Notes: a model not told the origin generated them from the letters alone. 64,000 nucleotides of DNA from Candidatus Aenigmatarchaeota archaeon (GCA_046539325.1 JBKHHD010000001.1:1-64000), one strand, 5' to 3'. Positions 28,661 to 38,382 are shown, counted from the stretch's first letter. A program made the numbers and translations.

Positions 28661-29725
28661 CTAATCCTCCAGAAGCTCATCAACGTACTCATTCACAGGC
28701 ATAGCCAACTGGTATATGAACTCCCTTTCACCCCTTTCTCCTGATACCTTTCGTCGGGTTTTGAGGCCTGTACAAGCTCCGTTTATCTCCATTATTTTTG
28801 ATTCCATTGTCTCCTGTTTCCTTAGCTCTTGAGGAAGAACTACAAAATCTGCACAACCATAGGTCATACCGGTTTGTTCTGCTATAGATCTAGTTATTTC
28901 CTCCTCTCTCTTACTTGGTTTATATCTTAGCCTTTCCTTTTCAACTACTTCATTTTCGGGGCCCCATGGTGTGTCCCTATTCCTTATTTCTCTTGAGCCA
29001 ATTATCTCAAAGCCTTTTCCAAGATAGTTGTCGTTAATGAATACTATTCTCCTGTCCCTTCGTCCTGGGATAAATTCTTGGAAAAGATATTCATCTATGT
29101 TTTCGTCCCCAAACATCTCTTCTATATCATCCATACCCATATCGTTCTCAAGGAGTTGGACATCAAGACCCTGGCCTCCTATTATTGGTTTTTTTATAAT
29201 CTTACCTTTCTCCTCAAGTAGATCTTCAAATTCTCCTGGACCAGATACGTCGTAGTTTTTGAGTGTTGGCACATCGTCCAGTTCTTCATATTTGTCCTTT
29301 CTTTCAGCTAACCACTCAGCAGAGAGATCATTTATAACGTATTCAAAATTCTCACTATACTCGTCCAAATGATCTATAATTTTATCAAATTCCTCTCTCG
29401 TACTGAAAGATTTATGTTCTGTTCCCCTTATGAAGAGGAGGTCTCCGGTGACCTTTGACTTTCTTTCATCCTTTTCGACTAGGTATGAATCTCTGCCCTT
29501 ATTGACGAGTTCGTATATTTTACCCACATTTTCACCTTCAAGATAGTCTTCTGACTTGATTACACTCACGTCATACTTTGAATCAAGAGAAGATAATAGA
29601 AGCCTTGTTGAGGGATATATACTTCTTCCTTCTATTTCTTCATTTCTCATTGTGGAGACGTCGTTGTTTACTGCAACATATACCTCTTTATCTGATTCTT
29701 CAAACATCCTATCTAAACCATCCAT
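28661..29725 (-). CDS. ATP-grasp ligase (RimK/glutathione synthetase-like, divergent)
   Basis: IKKPIIGGQGLDV, FQEFIPGRRDRRI, GCADFV, MEING. Confidence 0.85.
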   Translation of the reverse strand: MDGLDRMFEESDKEVYVAVNNDVSTMRNEEIEGRSIYPSTRLLLSSLDSKYDVSVIKSEDYLEGENVGKIYELVNKGRDSYLVEKDERKSKVTGDLLFIRGTEHKSFSTREEFDKIIDHLDEYSENFEYVINDLSAEWLAERKDKYEELDDVPTLKNYDVSGPGEFEDLLEEKGKIIKKPIIGGQGLDVQLLENDMGMDDIEEMFGDENIDEYLFQEFIPGRRDRRIVFINDNYLGKGFEIIGSREIRNRDTPWGPENEVVEKERLRYKPSKREEEITRSIAEQTGMTYGCADFVVLPQELRKQETMESKIMEINGACTGLKTRRKVSGERGEREFIYQLAMPVNEYVDELLED

Positions 29726-29752
29726 TTGAAATAAAGATTAAATATCTTGAAA

Positions 29753-30646
29753 TTATTTTACCGTTTCCTTAACTAAGAGGGGATCAAGAATACCATCGAC
29801 GATTCTTCCAACTGGATCGAAGCCCAGTTCCTCTTTGTATCTTGGGCGGAAGTTAGGAGTAAGGTTGTTCTCTATTATCGCCAACCCATTTTCAGTTGAG
29901 ATAACATCCATTACATTTAGATCAGCATCTATTGATTCCGTGGTTTTGATGCATAGGTCAACTATATCCTTGTTTTCTTCTCGATTGAACCTTCTCAGCT
30001 CTGAGCCACTTGAAACACTTCCCATCCACTTTATATCTGAGTTTTTCTCAATAAGTGTCCTTGAATTTCCAAAGAGAAACTGATCACGGAATATACAGAC
30101 CCTATGATCAAGACCTTCTTTTGATCTCAGGAACTCTTGGAGTATTATTTTACCTTTGTAGTTCTCATCTTCGGAGATTACACTGTACGCCTTTCTCAGT
30201 TCTTCTCTATTTCTTACAAGCTTTACATCCTTTCCTCTTCCACCACGAGCTCTCTTTATTACTGCAGGAAAATCTATGTCTGGGGCAGGTAAACTGGAAT
30301 CTATTACTTTTGTTTTTGGAGTGTAAATACCAGAGGAGCGCATTTTGTCATATGCATAGTGTTTATCATAATCTGATTTACTAGCTTCAAAGCTATTAAT
30401 TACCTCTACTCCTTCGTCTTCCAACCTCTTCAACATCTTTAATGTTCTAGGTATTGCTTCGTAATTTCTGTTAGCAACACTTGCGTAAACTCTATTCATC
30501 GCGATTTCTGGATTGTAATCTAATATTTCGCTAGTGTCTGTATCTCTCACATCGAAGAGCTTGACTTCTGAACCCTTTTCTTCAAACTTTCTCTTGAACT
30601 CCTTCTCGCTCCATTCAAGTTCCTCATGCAGAATAGCTACTCTCAT
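29753..30646 (-). CDS. ATP-grasp ligase (RimK/LysX family)
   Basis: VINS...DK...GIYTPKT, FPAVIK...GGRGKDV, LQEFL, DHRV, IENNLTPNF; GAGGTGA SD inside the racemase 3' end. Confidence 0.9.
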   Translation of the reverse strand: MRVAILHEELEWSEKEFKRKFEEKGSEVKLFDVRDTDTSEILDYNPEIAMNRVYASVANRNYEAIPRTLKMLKRLEDEGVEVINSFEASKSDYDKHYAYDKMRSSGIYTPKTKVIDSSLPAPDIDFPAVIKRARGGRGKDVKLVRNREELRKAYSVISEDENYKGKIILQEFLRSKEGLDHRVCIFRDQFLFGNSRTLIEKNSDIKWMGSVSSGSELRRFNREENKDIVDLCIKTTESIDADLNVMDVISTENGLAIIENNLTPNFRPRYKEELGFDPVGRIVDGILDPLLVKETVK

Positions 30647-31535
30647 TTTTACTCACCTCAACTACTTTTTCAGCTAGAATTTCGACTGGGTCAATAAGGG
30701 GAACAGGAAAATCATTGTTGGAAAGGACAAGTGGAATTTCCGTGCAGCCCATGATCACTGCATCAGATCCCTTTCTTATGAGATTCTCCGTCGCCTTTTC
30801 CAGCTTCTTTTTTGACTCTGTTTTTTCGCCTTTCTTAATTTCGTAAATCGAATCCATGACATTATCTTGGAAGTTATCATCAGGTACCATTGGCTCCCTG
30901 CCACTTTCCTCTATGAAGCTTGAATAGACCTCAGTTTCCATGGAACCTGTTGTGATTAGGAGTCCGATATTCTCCGCTTCTGGATACTCACTCACCACGA
31001 AATCTGTAGCCTCTTCGATCAAGTTTATGGTTTCTATCCCAACAGAACTGTCTATATCGTCAAAGAAGTGATGGGCAGTATTACAGGGAATCACAATGAA
31101 GTCAGCGCCAGCTCTCTCCAAGGATCTGGCTGTTTCGACCATCTCATCCAAAGGACATTCGCCATCGTTAAGAATATGGTCAGAACGATCAGGAATCTGT
31201 GGGTTGTTAAATATCATAACAGGTATATTTTCCTGGTCCTTTTCAGCATCTGATTTAGATAATATCTTTCGATGAAGGTCCAAAGTTGCTTCCGGGCCCA
31301 TTCCACCAAGGACACCAGCAGTCTTGAACTCGTTGCTTGAAGTCTTCTTATTCTCTTCAGAAGAAATTGCAGACTCTATGCCACTCATCACACCACTTAT
31401 AAGCCTAGAAACCAACTCATGGCCCTCCAAAGATCTTTTAAATCTTTTTTGAACCTGAAAATTATCTATAAAGTGGTTAAAATCATCTCCTTCTTTACAT
31501 TCTTCTTCAATACACTCTTCTTTGATTAAAGACAT
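30624..31535 (-). CDS. PLP-independent aspartate/glutamate racemase with a ~68-aa N-terminal extension
   Basis: GVLGGMGPEAT, IPDRS, IPCNTAH and MGCTEIP; both catalytic Cys are present. Confidence 0.93.
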   Translation of the reverse strand: MSLIKEECIEEECKEGDDFNHFIDNFQVQKRFKRSLEGHELVSRLISGVMSGIESAISSEENKKTSSNEFKTAGVLGGMGPEATLDLHRKILSKSDAEKDQENIPVMIFNNPQIPDRSDHILNDGECPLDEMVETARSLERAGADFIVIPCNTAHHFFDDIDSSVGIETINLIEEATDFVVSEYPEAENIGLLITTGSMETEVYSSFIEESGREPMVPDDNFQDNVMDSIYEIKKGEKTESKKKLEKATENLIRKGSDAVIMGCTEIPLVLSNNDFPVPLIDPVEILAEKVVEVSKNESSYSA

Positions 31536-31947
31536 CTTATAGACCTCATTTAGTATTCTATGACATCAAAATACCTCTATGGTGAACGGGAATAGAATTA
31601 ATACCTCCGATTATAATTCGGGGCCAATAAAAGGCCAACAATCCAATATTAAGAACCCTATAAACCAATTTAAACCTATTACCTATTCCCTGCAATTACT
31701 ATACACAATAAATTATTTAAACATTTTGGTTAGTTAATCAGGGAACCTAATAAAGCTAAAATCAGATTATTTGTCCAAGGAAGGCTTATTAATCGATTAA
31801 AATTAAATTAAATTACTTTATAGCTAAATTAAGCATTTATAATCGCTTTAAAACCAATGTAAATAACTTAAAATTTCTAATTCACAACAAAGACTTATTT
31901 AATCACTGAAAACATTTCAAAAAAATCCTTTGTATCTCCTAACAAAT

Positions 31948-32208
31948 TCAAAGCTTCTCCTTAAGTCTTCCTGATGTAATGTTCTTAACAGCCAAAGTCT
32001 TCTTCCTTGACTTTCTTCCTGACTTAAGTAAGACTTTCTTTCCAAGTAAATCACTCATATTTTCAGTAAGCTCTTTGTTTGCTTTTCCATTCTTGGCAGG
32101 CTGAGAAAGCTTAACTTCTAATCTTTCTGTCCACTTGTTGAAGCCCTCGACAGAAAACTCATCTGAGTCTGGTTTCACCTTTACCTCAAGCAAGGTTTCC
32201 TTTGACAT
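31948..32208 (-). CDS. DUF167/UPF0235 (YggU-like) protein
   Basis: VKVKP.S, P..GKANKEL, SGRKSRKK. Confidence 0.85.
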   Translation of the reverse strand: MSKETLLEVKVKPDSDEFSVEGFNKWTERLEVKLSQPAKNGKANKELTENMSDLLGKKVLLKSGRKSRKKTLAVKNITSGRLKEKL

Positions 32209-32271
32209 ATCTTATAATCTATGAAACCAAGATTAAAAGAATGGTCTGTAGCTTAGTTGTTCTCTTACTTC

Positions 32272-34269
32272 CTATGAAACAACGTTATTACTGAAGACGC
32301 CGCATTTCATCTCGTTCTCTACTTCACCGAGATGTTGCCTGAAGCGACCGAAGTTTCCGTTTTCAAGGGCATCGTTTGCCTTCTCAAGGTTGCAGACCAC
32401 GTTGTGCGGATTAGTTATCTCGTCTCTCTTTAGTGCTTCCTTCACCCTTCTTGTAGTTTCAAAGAACTCCTTGTCAAGCTCCTTCTTCCTTGAAACCTTA
32501 CGTTCGTTCTTCTCTTCCTCTACTAAAAAGGTCTGTTCAAACTTTTTGAAAACAACAGAAGCCTTCTCTCTACCTCTATCGCTTGCTAGAAGAAGTACGA
32601 TGAAGATTGCAACTATTATTATTACTATGAAGCCCCATACTCTTCTGACACCTCTTATAAGGAGGCCTGTAACAGTCCTCCTTTCCATTTCATCCTCTCC
32701 GTATGCCTGGATCATCTTCATCTCATCGAACCTTCCAGCTTCGATGTGGCCGTCAAAAGACATCTCTACTCTTCCTATCTGTCCTTCGTCCATCTCAAAT
32801 ACCCAGGAAAACTTGGGGTTCTCTTCAATAACTTCCGTCGGCCCTGGGAAGGTCATAACTTCGTCCATGCTTTGAGCAACATCCTCCGGAATATCCATAG
32901 TTAGGTTTACTTTTCTCTTCTCATCTGCGGAGTTCTTTACATTTACAGCTATCCTCGTCTCGTCTTCGTCCTCGTCGTAAAGGTACTCGGTACTGAAGTA
33001 TACGTCTCTGCTTACACCGTCAGCTGTTTCCTCTATTTTGTAAAGGGGCTCAGTCCTTTCCTTTACAGTCACTTCGACTTCCTGTGAATCTACTTTGCCT
33101 CTGTCGTCCTCGATCTCAAACAGTGCTGTGTAAACTCCAGGTTCCTCGTATACGTGTAGCGTTCTTCCAGTCTCCTCATCAACGTAGTCCCACTCACCAT
33201 CACCGTCGAAGTCCCACCTGTATTCAGTTATATCTCCTCCAAGGCTCACTCCTTCACCCCAAAAGAAGACGCCTATATCGTTCACGCCTCTGAGCTTTTC
33301 ATCGGTTACTGCGTTCGGCCTTACCTCTATATCCTTTGTTTCCTTGAACTGGGCTTCGCCGACCTTGTAGCGGTCGTCCCATTCAACAACAGCCCTGAAC
33401 CTGTACTCTGTATCTATACCCAGATCTCTCACTTCTTGCGAAAACTCTCCTTCGGAGGTCATCTCCTGTCTATCGGTCTCAACCCATTCGCCGTCACCGT
33501 TTCTGTATCTAAAGTAAACATCGACACTGTCCTCAAGTCCTATGTTTGTTAGCTCCGCAACCAGAACAGCTGAGTTATCTGTAACACTTTCAGCATACTT
33601 CGCTTCTACGGAAGGAAGGTCGTGGGCTTCAAATGACGTGGTAGCATTTCCTGCTTCGACGTGGTACTTTCCACTTTCCTTTGGAACGTATGAAGCACTG
33701 ACAGTTTTCGTCTCACCGGCCTCTACCTCAACTGTCTCAGAAATAACTGTTTTGTCGCTGACCTCGAAATCAACGGTTGTTTCACCGGTCTGTCCTCCAA
33801 CGTTTTCTACGTCCAGTTTAAGGTTGGTTTGGTCGTCCACGTAGACCTTTTCAGGATCCACTCTAAGGTTACTGAACTTGAATTCAGCGGGATTCTTTTC
33901 AGTTTCAAAGATAAGATCTTCCTCACCGATCCACTCCACCACTACCTGGAATTCGTAATTTTCATCAGAATCTATATCCGTAATAATCTTGGAGTAAGTG
34001 CCTTCAGAACTCATGGTTCTTTCGTCAGTTTTGGTCCATCCCTTGCGTCCTTCCTCTCGATAACGGAAGTAGACATCAATCTCTTCAAGCTCCGCAAGAT
34101 CCACAACATCTGCGTGCACAGTTACAGGATCATATGTAAGGCTCCCTTCGATTACGGGTTTTTGCCTTTCCTCGGCTGAAACATAAGAACTTATGGCAAT
34201 AGCAAAGGCTCCAATCAAAACAAGCGCCATCAAAGCTCCAGCTATCTTGTATTTCATATATACCCCCAT
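32272..34269 (-). CDS. Secreted, C-terminally membrane-anchored multidomain surface protein (two FN3-like repeats, CARDB-like, PKD)
   Basis: Signal peptide; duplicated DVYFRYR..W..TD...M.SEG...Y.F..VVEW; VENVGG (CARDB); YRWDFDGDG...HVYEEPGVY (PKD); C-terminal TM and cytoplasmic tail. Confidence 0.8.
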   Translation of the reverse strand: MGVYMKYKIAGALMALVLIGAFAIAISSYVSAEERQKPVIEGSLTYDPVTVHADVVDLAELEEIDVYFRYREEGRKGWTKTDERTMSSEGTYSKIITDIDSDENYEFQVVVEWIGEEDLIFETEKNPAEFKFSNLRVDPEKVYVDDQTNLKLDVENVGGQTGETTVDFEVSDKTVISETVEVEAGETKTVSASYVPKESGKYHVEAGNATTSFEAHDLPSVEAKYAESVTDNSAVLVAELTNIGLEDSVDVYFRYRNGDGEWVETDRQEMTSEGEFSQEVRDLGIDTEYRFRAVVEWDDRYKVGEAQFKETKDIEVRPNAVTDEKLRGVNDIGVFFWGEGVSLGGDITEYRWDFDGDGEWDYVDEETGRTLHVYEEPGVYTALFEIEDDRGKVDSQEVEVTVKERTEPLYKIEETADGVSRDVYFSTEYLYDEDEDETRIAVNVKNSADEKRKVNLTMDIPEDVAQSMDEVMTFPGPTEVIEENPKFSWVFEMDEGQIGRVEMSFDGHIEAGRFDEMKMIQAYGEDEMERRTVTGLLIRGVRRVWGFIVIIIVAIFIVLLLASDRGREKASVVFKKFEQTFLVEEEKNERKVSRKKELDKEFFETTRRVKEALKRDEITNPHNVVCNLEKANDALENGNFGRFRQHLGEVENEMKCGVFSNNVVS

Positions 34270-34618
34270 TGAGTTTCTACTGAACTGTTACAACTAATCG
34301 ATAGAAAAATTTAAATATCTTGAGTAAGTTCGCCAAGGAAAATATCACACTAAAAACTAGTTCGGTAAAAAGTTGGGTTTCTTTATCCTTTTAACACATT
34401 CATTCTGGAATTTTTTCGTCCATGTACTCCATCAAGAGATGGTCGTGATCTCCCTTGAGATCTTTGCGGGAAGTCAAGGAGTATTCTTCGTCATTTAACC
34501 CGATATTATCACCTACCCAAAGGTTGTTAGAAAAAGCTTAAATAGTTTGAGACGCTTTATCCGGTCGAAGTTTCAGCAACAAGGTATAAATGCCTTGAAA
34601 CCCAATAATTACGGTGCT

Positions 34619-36094
34619 ATGAAACAAATAAAACTGCTTTTAGGAATAGTACTGGCCTTTAGCGTTCTGGTAGTACCTGTTGCAGCACAGGAGGAGGATG
34701 TTGACAGGGTTCTGCTAGCAAGCGAGGCGAACTATCCCGACGCTGTAGTCGGAAGTTCCGTCTCGGAGAAGCTTTCAGTACCCGTAGTTTTAACGGATGT
34801 TGATCAGATTCCCGAAGAAGCCGAAGGTGCTATCGAAGAGTACGCTCCGGAAGAAGTCGTAGTCATCGGAGGACCATCCGTTGTTTCCGACGAGATTGTT
34901 GATCAGTTGGAAGAGGACTACAATGTGAGCAGGCTCTGGGGAGTTACAAGGTATAGGACCGCCCAGGAGGTAATGGAGAGGTTCTGGCCTGAGGGAACGG
35001 ATGAGGCGGTTCTAGTTGAAGATAACATCGAAGACAAAGGGGGTGAAGTCCTCGCCAAGGCGAGAGATCTCGCAGGCGAAAGACCTGTTATCCCGATTCC
35101 TGAGGGTAAGATTCCTGCAGGAGTTTTGAACCAGCTTGAAGAAATGGATACAAATGAAGTAGATGTGGTCGCAACAGAGATCAGCGAAGAGATGAGACAG
35201 GATCTTGAGGAAGTTGACGTAGGTTTAGGCGAAGAGGTGACTGCCCAGAATAGGGAGCAGCTCAAAGAAGAAGTCCAGGACAGAACAAGAGAAGACCTAG
35301 AAGGAGAGGACAGCCTCCTTGCTGTGGCTTCTCAAGGACACAGAGATGTGATCTCCGGTTTGAACTCGCCTGGAAGACCTCGCTACATGATTAGCAGCGA
35401 AGAGGAAATTCAGGGGCTTGTAGACCTGGTAGGCGAGGAAGACATACAGGAGGTCAAAATCGTAGGAGATCCCGACCTTACAGGGGAGATCGCAGATGCT
35501 CTCGAGGAAACGGATGCGAACGTTGATCTAGTTGTAGAAAGAGCCTCAACGGCCGTTGCACAGGCTTCCGAGCTCGCGAGGGAAAACAGACCGGACTTCG
35601 CGGAGAAGTTCGCACAGAAGAACGAACAGTGGGAACAGAGGGTCCAGGAAAGAGAAGTCGAAATCGAAGAAAGAGTCCGTAAGGAACTCAACAGAACCAA
35701 AGGAGCCACGGAGGACTGGGACGGAACCGAGCTCGAAGGCAAAGTCGAGGAAGCCGAGGAAGCGATGGAGCAAGGCGATTACCAGGAAGCAATGGAGATA
35801 GCCCAGGAAGCCAGGTCTGAAGCCAGAAAGATGAGATACGAGGAGTTCAAAGACTACCCCGAAGATGTGAACAGAGAGGTCAGAAAGGAGATGATGAACA
35901 TCCGCGAGAGGACCCAGGAGCTCAGAGAGATAAATCAGGAGTTCGGAGATAGAATGCAGAACAACATGACCATGGAGGGAAGACTGGAGACGATAGAGAA
36001 CGTACGTGAAAGGCGCCATGAAAAGGTCGGCGAGCTCCTTGAGGACGCTATGCGCAGAGGACGCGAAAAGGCCAAACCCTCTTTTATTTTATAA
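34619..36094 (+). CDS. Secreted protein with cell-wall-binding repeat 2 (CW_binding_2) domains and a long C-terminal helical/coiled-coil region
   Basis: Start moved to ATG 34619; signal peptide; NYPDA..., PVVLT, VVVIGGPSVVS, RLWG.TRY.TA. Confidence 0.82.
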   Translation: MKQIKLLLGIVLAFSVLVVPVAAQEEDVDRVLLASEANYPDAVVGSSVSEKLSVPVVLTDVDQIPEEAEGAIEEYAPEEVVVIGGPSVVSDEIVDQLEEDYNVSRLWGVTRYRTAQEVMERFWPEGTDEAVLVEDNIEDKGGEVLAKARDLAGERPVIPIPEGKIPAGVLNQLEEMDTNEVDVVATEISEEMRQDLEEVDVGLGEEVTAQNREQLKEEVQDRTREDLEGEDSLLAVASQGHRDVISGLNSPGRPRYMISSEEEIQGLVDLVGEEDIQEVKIVGDPDLTGEIADALEETDANVDLVVERASTAVAQASELARENRPDFAEKFAQKNEQWEQRVQEREVEIEERVRKELNRTKGATEDWDGTELEGKVEEAEEAMEQGDYQEAMEIAQEARSEARKMRYEEFKDYPEDVNREVRKEMMNIRERTQELREINQEFGDRMQNNMTMEGRLETIENVRERRHEKVGELLEDAMRRGREKAKPSFIL

Positions 36095-36124
36095 TTTTTA
36101 AATTCTCCAGACTAAATAGTTCTT

Positions 36125-37384
36125 ATGCTGATAAAGGACGCGCGCTTCGTACTTACACCAGACGGGGTCCTTGAGAACGAAAACGTCTTGATCGAAGGAA
36201 ACCGAATAGCTTCTATCGGTGACACAGATAAGAGTGGAGAGGTGATAGACGCCTCCGGTTGTGCAGTTCTCCCGGGCATGATTAACATGCACACCCATGC
36301 CTCCATGAACCTGTTACGTGGTGTTGCAGACGACATGGAGTTCTGGGATGCGTGGCCCGAGATCGTCTGGCCGCTGGAGGAGAAGCTGGACGGTGAGAAG
36401 TGTTACTGGGGCGCCATGAAGGCGTTCGTTGAAATGTTAAAGACCGGTACGACATGTTTCAACGATATGTACTTCTTCATGGACAGAGTCGCTGAAGCAG
36501 CCGAAGAAATCGGTCTTCGTGGATACCTCGGACATGGAATGCTGGACAACGGCGACGAGGAGAAGCGTGAAGAGGATATAGAGGAGATGGAAAGAGTCAT
36601 AGAAGTTCTAAACGAGGACTTCTCGAACAGAATAAAACCTGTCGTTACTCCCCATTCGCCCGGAACCTGCTCCGAGGAGCTGCTTCTGGAATCAAAGGAT
36701 ATATCCCAAAGAGAGGATCTGCCCTTACATATGCATGTAGCCGAGACCGAAAAGGAAGTAAAGGACGTCAAAAACGAGGTAGGGAAACATCCAATCGAGT
36801 ATTTGGACGAACTAGGACTTCTGAACAAGAGGTTTATAGGCGCCCACGCCGTTCATCTGGAAAGGAAACATATGAAGTTGCTGGCACAAAGTGGCGCGTC
36901 GGTGGTTCATAATCCTTGCTCCAATATGAAGCTCGCCTCGGGAATATCCCCGGTTGCTGATATGATCAAAGAGGGAGTCAACGTGACCTTAGGAACGGAC
37001 GGCGTTGTCTCAAACAACAACCTGGACATGTTTGAGGAAATGAAGATCGCAAGCCTGTTGCAAAAGGCCGACCGTTCTGATCCAACTGTGATGGCTGCTG
37101 AGGGGAGTTTAAAGCTTCCCTGGAGCAACGCAGGGAAGGCGGTTGGGGAAGAAATTGGCGAGATAAAGGAGGGTTACCTCGCGGATCTGATTCTCATAGA
37201 CCTGGACGACGTTAAGATGAAACCGATGCATAGTTTGACCTCGAACCTTGTATACTCCGGCGCGAAGGTCAATACTTCTATAGTAGATGGTGAGGTGGTG
37301 ATGGAGGATGGGAAGCTGAAGAAGGTCGATGAAGAGAAAATCAAAGCGAAGGCGAAGAAGGTTGCGAATGAGTTGGTTTCCTGA
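36125..37384 (+). CDS. mtaD: Amidohydrolase, MTA/SAH (5'-deoxyadenosine) deaminase family
   Basis: PGMINMHTH, GTTCFNDMYF, HMHVAET, AHAV, HNPCSNMKLASG, LGTDG..SNNNLDMFEEMK. Confidence 0.85.
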   Translation: MLIKDARFVLTPDGVLENENVLIEGNRIASIGDTDKSGEVIDASGCAVLPGMINMHTHASMNLLRGVADDMEFWDAWPEIVWPLEEKLDGEKCYWGAMKAFVEMLKTGTTCFNDMYFFMDRVAEAAEEIGLRGYLGHGMLDNGDEEKREEDIEEMERVIEVLNEDFSNRIKPVVTPHSPGTCSEELLLESKDISQREDLPLHMHVAETEKEVKDVKNEVGKHPIEYLDELGLLNKRFIGAHAVHLERKHMKLLAQSGASVVHNPCSNMKLASGISPVADMIKEGVNVTLGTDGVVSNNNLDMFEEMKIASLLQKADRSDPTVMAAEGSLKLPWSNAGKAVGEEIGEIKEGYLADLILIDLDDVKMKPMHSLTSNLVYSGAKVNTSIVDGEVVMEDGKLKKVDEEKIKAKAKKVANELVS

Positions 37385-37428
37385 ATTCTTTATAATAGTT
37401 TTAAACTCCAGGATAAAATAAGAGGCAT

Positions 37429-37833
37429 ATGTGGGAAGAAGGAATACTGTTCTTCATAGGATGTCAGTTGATTCCGACGCCACCTTCGCCTTGCGCAGAC
37501 TTCGGTGGGCAGTTTCTCCTATCTCTTCTGATAGGCCTCATGGCACCCAAATGGCTCATCAGACCTGTCTACCAGACTTTCAGCACTTTAGGAAGACTTA
37601 TCAAGTTCCTCTTTGGCTGGATTCCACTTCTTGGAAAAGTAGTTTACGGTGTCGAAAACCTTCTGAATAGATTCTTTGAGTTCGCTTCAAAGGAAAGGGA
37701 GTCTGATAACTTTATTTTGGATAAACTGTACAGGATGTTACTCAGGGAGGACATCATACAAAGGATCGTCTTCGGATACTTCGTAACCATAACAACAGGC
37801 TCGATTTTCCTTCTTCTTGCAGTCGTAATATGA
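37429..37833 (+). CDS. Hypothetical membrane protein
   Basis: Hydrophobic segments; TATA-like element upstream. Confidence 0.6.
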   Translation: MWEEGILFFIGCQLIPTPPSPCADFGGQFLLSLLIGLMAPKWLIRPVYQTFSTLGRLIKFLFGWIPLLGKVVYGVENLLNRFFEFASKERESDNFILDKLYRMLLREDIIQRIVFGYFVTITTGSIFLLLAVVI

Positions 37834-37900
37834 CTTATCGTCAGGCATTCGTATCGAACCGTTAAATTTATAAGTCTTATACTTACACGTTGTTAACCCT

Positions 37901-38362
37901 ATGAAAAAAGATAATAAAAAGATATTACTTGAACTCCTCCAAGACGGAAGGAAGAATATCTCGGATATAGCAGAGGAGTTGGACATATCGAGACAGACTG
38001 TGAGTAAGAAGATAAAGGAGATGGAGGAGGAAGGTATAATAAAATCCTTCACACCCAACCTGAACGAGAACTTACTGGACCTTAGAACAAAAGCGTACAT
38101 TATACTTGAGATCGCGCCTTGTTCTGAGCTGAGACATGAGTTTGTCCAGGAAGCAAAGGATATGGAAAATATAAGCCAAATCCATCATACTTTCGGTAGA
38201 TTTGATATGGTTCTCGAAGTTCTTGTAGAGGGTGATAAGGAACTGGACGAAATACTTGACAAGGTAAGGGACTTTGAAGCCGTAGAGGAAACGGAGACAC
38301 TTATCTGTAAGTATACGGAAAAGAACAAGCCAGAAGATCCCTTTAGGACAGTGCTAGAATAA
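37901..38362 (+). CDS. Lrp/AsnC transcriptional regulator
   Basis: ILLELLQDGR...IAEELDISRQTV...MEEEGII HTH; GRFD RAM domain. Confidence 0.92.
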   Translation: MKKDNKKILLELLQDGRKNISDIAEELDISRQTVSKKIKEMEEEGIIKSFTPNLNENLLDLRTKAYIILEIAPCSELRHEFVQEAKDMENISQIHHTFGRFDMVLEVLVEGDKELDEILDKVRDFEAVEETETLICKYTEKNKPEDPFRTVLE

Positions 38363-38382
38363 AGGATCTTAGGTAAATAAGA

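Noticed and set aside
31723-31947. Very AT-rich stretch as replication origin
   Set aside because: No ORB-like repeats and no adjacent cdc6/orc1; more simply a promoter region or island boundary.
34400-34520. Hairpin TCAAGAGAT...ATCTCCCTTGA and a possible short minus-strand ORF behind an AGGTGA motif
   Set aside because: The ORF would need an ATC start and has no recognisable motif; the hairpin alone is insufficient.
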